A stretch of 64,000 nucleotides of DNA. Origin: Polymyxa betae A26-41. Its lineage: Eukaryota; Protista; Endomyxa: Phytomyxea. A model generated the notes under the pieces. It saw only the letters and a list, made by a program, of their open reading frames with translations, was not told where the DNA came from and made no database searches. The DNA lies in NCBI GenBank assembly GCA_003693705.1, contig RBZT01000790.1, forward strand, positions 32,033 through 96,032, given 5' to 3'. Numbering within the stretch: position 1 is the stretch's first letter; every line of letters begins with the position of its first letter. Of this stretch, positions 40,841-50,985 are shown piece after piece. The translations under genes were made by a program, and so were the position numbers.

Positions 40841-41379
40841 CCACCCCAGCACGAGAAGCAATTTGAACGAACTGTCCAGTGAAAAATCGACTGACGCCTC
40901 AGACCAGCGTTCGCCATTGACCAAGGCCAGGCGTCGAATCGCTTCGAGCAACACGAATGATTCGCTCAGCAAGAGCGCCTCGCCACCGATCGATCAGCCT
41001 GATGATGGGAACTGAGCGCGTCTTTGTTAATGAAATGATATTGATATGGAGGCAGACTAGACATAGAAGCCGCGCTCGGCTCTCTCACCATCACATAAAG
41101 AGAATCGCATTTATGCAGTACTGCTGTAGCATGTTGGTTCCCGCCTGTTTGGAATCCGTTTACCAGCTAAATGATATTGTTTTCTGGCAGGTCATTTAAT
41201 TACAGAAAACAGATCGTATCGATATTATCAAGTCGCAGCATTGCCTGTCACAAAGATTCATGACATTTGTTTCCCGAGGCTGAATTCGCAAGCCAAGCAC
41301 ATGGCATCAAAACGGCTGGGTTAACAAAGATTCTACGGCGACGAATATCGAGCATCTTGCAATTATCATATTAAACAGT

Positions 41380-43506
41380 TTAAAACAGATCCCAGAATTC
41401 ATCGCTTTCCTCTCCAGCTTCTTCATACATGATGGTGGTCTCCAGGCGCTGCATTCCCAGCCTGCTAATACAATCCTTGGCTATAGCGCCCACAAACTCG
41501 TTCAAATCGGGACCAACATCAACCTCAGCGCCGGCCCAGATAAACAGCTTCGCCGAGCGCGATTTCGCTTTTCTCTTCACGAACACGAACACGCCGGAAT
41601 CGTTGAGATCCTCGGGGCCGAACACTTCGATCTCTTGCAGCCGAGGCCAGCTATAGAACACAGCGAACCCGGATTCTTCTCCAGCGATAACGAGCGGCCC
41701 CGAATCGACATGATCGCGTTCGGAATGGCTCGCTGCTGGAAGCACAACGGGCGGCGTCGTAGAAGTCGGCCGATGAGAGACCGACCCCGACCTCAACTCG
41801 GTCGGCGCCTTCTCCAACAGATCCGGCAGCGGCAGAACCAGAGCTTTATACTCATCATCGTAATCGGCCACGCATCCAGCGAAGACGGGCGCCTTGCGCT
41901 CGCCGAACAGCGACAGAAACTCGGGCGGTTCGAATCCGTCGTGGACGTCGATGGTGCTGTTCGGACCCCTTTCGAATCGCTGCAATCTGGGCACTAATGT
42001 CTGCCTTGCGTAAACATACAGCAGGCGTTGCGATCGTTTCCCGATCCAGACGTACATAGCGCTGGATGTATGGAAGACGTAGACGCCTCTCGTGTCTATT
42101 CTCGTGTCGAGATCGGCCAGCTTCCCGACGATACAGAGCGGATCGCGAGTCGGCGAGAACGACGTGATTCTGTAGATGATCGGGGCGTCGACCGCGCCGA
42201 ACTGCATTCGATTCTGCCAGTGAAGCAGGGCGACGGCGAACCCGACGTTCGGCGAGATGATATCGCGGCGCGATTTCACGAAATCGAACGCCTCGTTGAA
42301 GGAGATGCCGCGTTTCAGCATGAGATAGGCGATGACCATGGTCGCCGATCGCGAGATTCCACGATGGCAATGGACCAGGACCTTGTGATGCGGTTTCGAG
42401 AGCGCCGTCTCGATAAACTCGATGACGTCGTACACTCGGCACATGATGTCTTCGTGCTTGGAGTCGGTCAGACGCAGGCCCAGATAGGTGAACTTTTCAG
42501 GGAACTCGTTGCGGCAGGCGTCCAGAGCCGTATTGACGATATGAGTGATGCCACGCGAGGTCAGATGGTTCAGGTCGGTGCTGACGGCGACCCCGGACAG
42601 GAACAGGTTCGGCTCGATCAGGCTGGATTGCGGCGCGTAATGCTCCAGCTGGGCCAGCTTCTGCTGCTCTTCGCTCAAGCCGGATCGGAACAGATGCTGC
42701 TTTCTATCATCGGTAGGTATAGCTGCCAATGGTCCCTCCAACGACACCTGAAAGTTCAATAAGATTCATGGAGACTTTTACAATCTATAAAACGCTTGGA
42801 TCATCAAGATTCTGCCACAAAGTTGAAACTTAAAAAAAACTAAAATCATATTTACGGGGGTAATTCCTGCCAGATCTAATTGAAGGGTTTCCTTGCGATT
42901 GATGCCGTTGGTGTTTTGCCGTTGGGGATTGCCACAGATTGCTATATAGACAGGATGGTCGGATACATCGACATTATTGGGTGATTCGGGAAATGGCACA
43001 TAGCTGGTGGCGTTCCAAAGGCGCTCGATAATGGCCGGGCCGTTCGCGGCGCTTCCCAATGCTAAGACCAGCTCGAATCCCATCGTCTCAGCTGCACATA
43101 GATCATTATCGGACAGATTCCTGCCGGTCCAGACGAATATGCGATAATCGACGACGACGCCATTGGATAACGTCAGCGTCTGTTGAGCAACGTTCAAAGG
43201 TATGGTGGTATTGCTGCTGTTGAGGTTGGCGGCGCCGCTCGAGCACAGGCTCAATGCTGCCGCATTCAACGATGGCGGAGGCTCGGTTCGCAATCGTTTC
43301 GAATCGTAGATGCGCAGAGCGACAATGGCGTCACGATCGGTGAACGGCAGCATCTGGCGCAAGGCGACCGGACTCCCGTTCGGCAACCGCCAAGCAACCG
43401 CCAGATTGGCATGGGCCGGTGATGACGATGAAGATGTTCCGGTCGGTGTCGCAAGCAAGTCGTTTAGTGAAATCGCCTGTTCCGGTGTGGACAGGCGATG
43501 GCCCAT
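41380..43506 (-). CDS. Dual-specificity phosphatase with gelsolin-like segments (plant MKP1-like architecture)
   Basis: VLVHCHRGISRSA catalytic motif, ISPNVGF, DTRGVYV..YVWIG, terminal E..EFW..F. Confidence 0.9.
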
Positions 43507-43719
43507 GACGATAATTGGAGATTGAAAAAGCCGGAACAAGCACGTCGTCAAAATCGTGACGTCACAGAAATTTGCACATTGAAATTCGAATCTCGGTGTA
43601 CATTTCAAGTAGACGCTCTTGTAACGGACATGAAAAGGGGACTCTTTGGTGAATAAGGCAATGGGTTGAAAAATGCATGATAGAATCATACATTTATATA
43701 GTTGTGACGATTCTGGGCT

Positions 43720-46700
43720 TCATCCGAGGAGAAGGGTTCGGAGGTCGAGAGCTGACAGTTTTGGAATGGATCGGGCAGCTCCATCAGAGCTGATTAGCGA
43801 ATCGGAGAGCTTTTGTTTGCGGCGTTGCATTTCCAGGACTTTCTCTTCGATCGTTCCTTCGATTATCTTTGCGAAAGTCAGCAAATGGTAGCGGGATGAC
43901 ATCAGGTCGTTACATTACCATCCGATAGATATGAACAGGTCGTGTTTGTCCAATGCGATAAATGCGACAGAATGCCTGATCTTCGATTGAATAATTCCAC
44001 CAGGTATCCAGCATGAAACAGTGATTGGCAGCGGTGAGATTCAGACCAACACCGGCACATTTCAAGCTCAGTAAGAAGACGACGACAGTCGAGTCGTTGT
44101 TGAAATCATCGATGGACCTTTCACGATCTCCCCGATTCATGCTGCCGTCGATTCGAACTGATCGGATGCCTGCCGCATCCAGACACAATCCGACCAGGTC
44201 CAGCATAGTAGTCCATTGACTATAATAATCCACAATCAATCCACTGCAAACCCAGAGAACAGAAAAAGGAAGAAGACCTGAAGACGACGGCTTTTTCGTC
44301 TGGAGATTCACGCCGAATCTTAACCAGGTGACGAATTAGGAAGTCCATCTTAGGCGAGTTCCGAAAGCGCTCCAGATCTAGATCCAAGTTTAGTGCAAAC
44401 TACGTGTTCAGACAGATTCGATTACCGGATTCCCTGTTCTTCACAATATTGAACTGAATGCCATTCTCTGGGTTCTCGTGTTTCGTGAGATTGGATCCAG
44501 AAGGAAGCTTCTGACCGCAAACAGGGCAATTCCCGTTGCTATTTGATACCTATATTGAGAAGATCGATCCCAAATTCAAATAATTAAACGTTGAGCTCAC
44601 TGTTGCAGCACACTCAGTACAGAGAATATGACAGCTGTTATCCAAGATCGGCTGATCGGTTATGAAGTCTAAGCACGAAGCGCAGATGCAATCAGAGAAG
44701 CCATCCTGCTGTTGAGCTGAATTGCAATCAGCAAGGGAACCCTGCTCCTGCTTGACTTCATCTTTTGAATGAATTGAGAGAAGATTTAGCGCAGCGGTCA
44801 AGTCATCGTCGTCGTCGTCTTTCTGATCAGGAGATGAACTTGAATTCGACGCTCTTTTATCTCGCTCTTTAACATCATCGGCTGAATGTATTGACAGCTT
44901 ATTTAAAGCCGTTTCCAAAGCGTCGTCAGGCGAAGGTTTGCTGGACGAGTTCGTAGTGGATTCCGGATTGTTGCAAATGTCTGGCTCAGAACTGCTCGTG
45001 ATAGGACCTGTTTAGAGATTAGCATGCTGAGTCCACTTATGCTTACTGAACATACCAATCATGCAATTACACGCTTGACGCAACCGAAGTACCCTCACCA
45101 AAAGTTGCCTTTCATCGAACTGTAAACACACTTAGATGAGGAATAGATTGGATGGAAAATAGCCTACAGGCGCCTTCCGACAATCGTTGCTGATTTGATC
45201 GTATGCCTTCTGTTGCTCCTCGCGGAATTTCAAATTGTAAACCTCAATATGTCTTAAACCAATCAGAAATTGAGCAATAGAACGGAGCGGTAGACCTACC
45301 TTGGAGGCAGCTTGATAAGAGGATCGCCATGCTCGTCTTTATCTTCCTTAGTACGACGGATCATAATCCCTTGCAATATCGGCCGCAGCTTCTGGACTCC
45401 CTTTTTATTTTGCGATCCTGCAAATGATGAAAACGATTAGCAAGCGCTCCATGTACTCGATTAGAATCAGCGAATTACCGAAAAGCATTTTCCATTCGTC
45501 TTCATCGCAGAATGGAGCGAAGCGAAGAAATTTGAAAACGGAAAACATATCCTGTACATGATTCTGGAGGGGAGTCGCTGAAGGAAGGTCAGGGAACGCT
45601 TACAATTCCTGCATGGGACAAAACCTGTCATCATCCACCTATTTCATCAATCAATTCCGCTCTAGAATCAACAGATCGTATGGATACCTCGTCTGTGATT
45701 CGAGATCGAAAATGGCTTTGGCCGTCGCCGTATTGTGATTTTTGATGACATGTGCTTCCTATCAAAAGTTACAAATGGAGACTTTGAGCATAGACCTTGT
45801 TACATCAAGAATGATGCGAAACCAGTGAATGTCATGCAGTACAGCTTTCTGTTTAAATGATGACAACGCAGTCTATTTCACAACGTTAAAAATTTAAAAA
45901 GAAAACTCAAGAAAACTCATATCAACGAACTTGGTATGTTGTAATTACAACATTGAAACGGCCAGCTTCTGAGACGCTTTTCAGCTGATCCTTTCCATGA
46001 TGTATATGAACACGAAGACTATTCCGATGAGTATGTCGCTGAATCTCCTGACTCCACTAAAGACCAGTCAGCTAACATACCAGACATAGAGTGATGTCGT
46101 AATGCCTGAGTGGCGACGGCAAGCGGGCAAATGATTAGCGTAGAGTTGCATCGAATTCTGTCTTTGGAAGACGTTTTCGGTAAATCCGATTCCGATGGTA
46201 GCGATGTAAGAATCAAAGCGATCATCTGGATGGTCTTTCCCAAACCCATATCTGAAATAATGTCTCAGAGAGATTCTAAACTCAAATGCAGCTCTCACCA
46301 TCAGCAACGACGCCCCCTCGTGGACCTCCAGCTTGGTTGCCATCCCGCTCTCGTTCGTACATCCAGCTAAAGCACAGCTGCTGGTGCGGATAGAGCTTAG
46401 ACTTGAGCTTTTCGCTTACAGCAACCTGTCATGTTCATTTAAAAAAAATCACCACGTGAGAATTTCTTACATCTTTGACGTTATATTTCAGAGCCAATGA
46501 TTCTTCCAACAGACGAAGATCGAGCGATGCCTGAACCGAAAAAAAGTTATAAAAGCTTCAGCAGGAGAAAGTACATACTTTGGTACGAACGGATGGATTC
46601 GATCCTTGTTCAGCCAATCCGATTCGTTTCGTCTCATCTGCAGGTAAAAATTGAAGAGAAGACTCGAGTCTAGCATTCACAGCAAATACGGGCTTTGTCC

Positions 46701-47715
46701 GGATTGGATCTGGATGCTTCTGCATTTCATGTGAGCGACAGAAACAATAACGATCACGGAGCTACCTCTTTATAGGAAAGCGCATCTGATAGCTTCTCGA
46801 GCTTCAGCCGCATTCGCTCACCTCGGTCATTGAGAGTCGCCAGTAAAGCGATATCACTTAATGAAGCTTGCAATCTTTGAATGTCTTTTCGGATCGATTC
46901 TTCCGATTGCGATGCATACTCTATGGTCTGTCAGCTGAACGAAAAGCTACACCAGCAGCGAGATTCAACCGTTCGGAGGCGCATTAGCTGGGGTTTTCTG
47001 CTCATCAGAAACCGATTTAGGCGAACTTGCTTTTGACTGCCGTTGCCAGTCAGCACACCATCGAAAATAGCTGTAAGATAGGCTTACTCGTGGGCAATAC
47101 AGACAGAGCAGTAGACTTACTCGCACGAACGAGAAGAGCAAACGTAATATTCACGCTTGTTATTTCTCGCTGTAGAAGCTGTTTTTGTTGCGGCGAGATT
47201 GCCACATTTGCAACGAGGAGCTGAAATACTATCCCTTTGTGCTAAGCCTCCTGAAGCGAATTCTGCGATGGCGACGCTTGGCGATGCAGGTTCCTTAACT
47301 ACGATCGCCATGAACACGTCAAACCACTTAAAGAATCTGAATAGCTGGTCAATATCCATAAAAACATTTAACACTTGATAAACATACTTGCAATGCTTTG
47401 TCGTCCCGCAAGTGTAGAATTCCCGGCCAAAATTCGTTTCTGTATTGGCCGATTTCAAAACTGCCGGCTTTGAGCAGTTACACAGTGGTCGCTTTCCTGC
47501 TGGAATTGGGACCTTTTCCACCAAAGAGAAATAGCTGTTGACAGACAGAAATTAAAACATCTACAATTCAAGAATAAAAGAAGTCACCTGCAGTGACTCC
47601 CCGAGCCGTATTGGCTGCAGCCAAAGAATTCCCGACCTCCATTCAAACCGGTTTGGATTCGTCGACGAACGGCCAGCTTGCCATGGCAGAAACAGTGCAA
47701 GTCAGTGTCCGACAT
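43720..47715 (-). CDS. SNF2-family helicase copy 1 (GRF zinc fingers + SNF2_N + RING-like + helicase C; TTF2/Rad5-like)
   Basis: C.C..A...N.GREFY.C repeats, D-MGLGKT, DEAH, TPLQN, RLRQAC, SQW, GVGLNLT, QAFCRIYRIGQ, TIEE. Confidence 0.9.
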
Positions 47716-49108
47716 TGCTCATGTGCTGGCCGAAAGGCGGAGATGGATTCTCCAGGAATCACGGAGAGGCGAAGACGCCACTCTTCAAATGTCAACTGTT
47801 CTTCATTGCTATCAAATTGTATTATGATACAGTATAATTTTTCATGGTCTGACGTGGGAACGTAACGGATTAACGTTTCTCAATCTGCTCTGTTAGACTA
47901 ACAATCAAAGCGTTGGGTTCGAGATCGTGGCTATGAGGCTAGTTGATTGCGACGCCCGAATTCAGTGCAGCTGCTCGCCGATTTGAAGCAGCTCTCCAGC
48001 TTTAGATATGCAATTACTCGCGGCTGGTATTCGAAAGATTTTATCAGACTGAGGTGGCACGACACAAAAGACAGTATGCAATGAAACCACGACTCTATAA
48101 TGATATGACGCCCAGCGATCGATCTTGGCCAAAAGGAGGAAGAGAAGTTATATTACATAGCCGGGTCTGTGTATACAAGTGCTGAGACAAATGAACCAAT
48201 ATGAAAGAGGAGTGGCCAACTGGAACATGGGGAAAAAGCCTCTGGAACTAAATCCACCAGCTCAGGGGGGAGTTGATGCTGGATTCTAATCCCTTGATGT
48301 CTCCGTACTTTCGTCGAGCTTCTCTTAGGGTAAGGTGCTCACTGATAGAAGAGTCCAGCTCTTCGCCGCTGGCATTCGAGCTCTTTCGCAGACTAGAACC
48401 CATTTTATCAGATTCTCAGCTTGCAGTTTGACCAGCAACCCGGTTGGCCACGAAACTGCTAGCCTGCACTATCATGGTCTCTGCAGGTCTAAAATATTCA
48501 AAGAGGGCTGTAAGGAACTGATAGACTCAGTACAGAGTCTCCTGGACAATTCTAAGAGTTGCTCTCCTAAGTAGTCTAGAGAAGTCAAGACATTCGGTGG
48601 TAGTCGTACCCTCTCGTCAGTCTCGAGTCTTTCCGATCTGAGACATGTGAGCTACTTCTCCAGTCTACAGTGCGGGTCACTTCAGAGAAGCTCTTCCTTA
48701 GCTTCCTTCTCTAGAGTACACGATATGTCTCCGGTCTCCAGTCTCTTACTGGCCAGGTACTGAGATAATGTTGGAAGATCTGAAGCACCGTTACGAAGAT
48801 CTCAGTGACCGAGAGTGTGAAGACTACTGCATGAAGAACTCTTATCTCTTGACATAGGAAAAGTGCAGTTATTACAATAGCGATAATAATATTATTACGA
48901 CTTCAATAGGTCTGCTCCTTTAGAATTTGTAGAAGACGCTTTAGTTCGTCAATATTTGGTGACGACGACAAGCCGTCAGAGCTTATCAAAGCTTCCGCAA
49001 GTTCTTGTTTATGGTGTTGCAAATCCAAGACAATCTCTTCAATTGTTCCTTCAATGATCTCCTGTGCAGTGTGCATTTGCAGGGCTGCGCGGCTCTTACT
49101 ATGAGCTT

Positions 49109-49128
49109 GCGCTAGTATTAATGTGCGC
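49109..49128 (+). promoter_or_regulatory. Candidate rolling-circle origin (TAGTATTAA nonamer between GCGC arms)
   Basis: TAGTATTAA at 49113-49121, one base from TAGTATTAC; the stem is short. Confidence 0.4.
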
Positions 49129-49223
49129 GGGGCCTCTGCGCAACCCACAATTCGAGTGTGTGCGATTTCGGGGCTGCGCACTCCCCGGGGTGTGCAACTT
49201 TTTTGAAGCGCGCGCCATTCGAA

Positions 49224-50606
49224 ATGGTGTGTTTTATTGATGATGAAGCGAGCGAAGGCATTGATGTTGAAGAAGGTGATGCTGGCGATGTTACTGCTAC
49301 ACGTTGTCGCTCGATGGTGTTTACCTGTTTTGTTAATCAGCGTTTAACGCTCGATGGCGTGGATTTGGGTGAAGCTCCAGTTGCGGGTGTTCCGTCTGCG
49401 GAACAGGTGGTGCAAGGTCTTCAGTGCAAATATTTGCTGTACGGGCGTGAAATATGTCCTGAAACCGGCCGTTTCCATCTACAGGGTTACGTGCAGTTCC
49501 GGTCAGCGGTCACGTTCAAGTCCGTTCACAAAAAGTTGAAGCCGTATGTGTTTTGGTTACGGAAGGCGTTCGGGAATCCTGCGTCGAACCGCAAGTATTG
49601 TAAAAAGTCCGGCGATTGCTATGAAGCGGGCGTTGTTCCGGCGGACGGCTCGGCTGAAGGTGGCACCCGATGGGAGGAGGCTGTGTTGCTTGCGCGTGCT
49701 GGTCGGATTGACGAAGTTGACTCTCACACGCTTGTTTCTTCAATTCGTTCCAAAGAACGAATTGAGGAACGTGCAATGTTTCAGCGGCGGCTTCCTCAAT
49801 TACGCGAGATGCGGAACGTTTGGCTATGCGGCCCGGCTGACGTCGGCAAATCGTCCGTTATATCGCGTTTGTTCCGCTTGGAAACGGATGTGTTCGATAA
49901 GCAACGAAATAAGTGGTGGTATGTTGTCCACTGGATGTCAACTTGACTATGTTGTCCACTGGATAACATATTTATTAGGTGTAATTACCGTCATCAGCCG
50001 GTGGTGTTAATCCAGGATTTTGACCAGTTTCATGGTCAGAAGTTACTGTCGCACGTAAAAATATGGGCGGATGTGTATCCGTTCTCAAATGAGCGTAAGC
50101 AAGGCGCCGTTCGTATTCGTCCTTATCACATCATTGTGACATCCAACAAAACTATTGCGGAAGCGTTTTGTGATCACGATCCCGTTCACGTCCGCGCTAT
50201 TCAACGTCGATTTCGTGAAATTAACATGTTCGAGTGCGAGCGCACACTCGGTGGCGTTGCCCCTGGACTTCAACGACCGGATTGTCGCTGTTATGATCAT
50301 CATCCTGAGCTGTACCCAGATGAGACGCTTCGGCGTTTCATCCAGCGTACGCATGGCTGGTTCGCCTTTGATGATGATAATCTCATTAATGTTGATTATC
50401 CGGAGGATAGCTCATTCTTTCGTCCGTTTGTTGCGGTCGACCCGAACGTTTATTCCCTGGTGCCTGTTCCGCGGATGTCTCGCGTTCCTCAACCGCCCCC
50501 GGACGCTGAAGTCGAAACTGCTTGTTCTGTTAATACTGAAGGGGAGGCGGCGCTCGGTTTAGCAAGTCTCGCGGTATCGTCCCCTCCCGTGTCACCTGTC
50601 ATGTAA
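49224..50606 (+). CDS. rep: Replication-associated protein Rep (HUH endonuclease + SF3 helicase); join 49224..49918, 49979..50606; 440 aa if one intron
   Basis: Motif I VFTCF, motif II HLQG, motif III YCKK, Walker A GPADVGKS, Walker B LIQDFD, motif C IVTSN, Arg finger QRRF; splicing restores KWWCNYRHQPVVLIQDF. Confidence 0.93.
49919..49978 (+). other. 60-nt GT-AG intron in Rep, built from the 28-bp repeat
   Basis: GTATGT...TTTATTAG; contains an in-frame TGA; removal rejoins the TG|G Trp codon. Confidence 0.9.
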
Positions 50607-50867
50607 CGAATAAACGGTGCATCATGGCGCGTTTTTCGCGCGCTTTAAACTCCAATTCCCCTTAATAAAGCAGCAGCCTGCTTGCTGCATTTCGACATGG
50701 GTTCCCGTGCTGGTTCGCTGGGGTAGGATTCATTCCTATATGCTTATCGAACTGACCACATCAAATGGAGACATCGTTTCGATTAACGATTCCGGACGAG
50801 GCGAGTTCACCGTCCAGGTCTTCGACCCCTTCGACGTCCAAAGATGCCTTCCGCTCAGTACGTACAG

Positions 50868-50985
50868 GTATGTTGTCCACTGGATGTCAAGTTGACTATG
50901 TTGTCCACTGGATGTCAACTTGACGATGTTGTCCACTGGATGTCAACTTGACGATGTGGTCCACTGGATCTCATATTTATTATAG
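50868..50985 (+). repeat. 118-nt intron-like block: 3 full + 1 partial 28-bp units, same family as the Rep intron
   Basis: CAG|GTATGT...CATATTTATTATAG; unit (T/G)ATGTTGTCCACTGGATGTCAA(C/G)TTGAC. Confidence 0.9.

Noticed and set aside
48884-48899. TAATAATATTATTAC containing TATTATTAC as the viral nick site
   Set aside because: Lies beyond the retained host SNF2 last exon, outside the element; no GC stem; more likely an AT-rich 3' UTR palindrome
49158-50606. Rep as a stop-disrupted pseudogene or two separate genes
   Set aside because: The stop falls in a canonical 60-nt GT-AG intron whose removal restores the conserved KWW..Y..Q.VV...DF segment
50787-50867. Arg-rich frame (RFRTRRVHRPGLRPLRRPK) as a capsid N-terminus
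   Set aside because: Preceded by an in-frame TAA with no usable start; CGA codons are explicable as a shadow of another frame. Not fully excluded.
50868-50970. 28-bp palindromic repeats as a CRISPR array
   Set aside because: Units are contiguous with no spacers, there are no cas genes, and the context is eukaryotic
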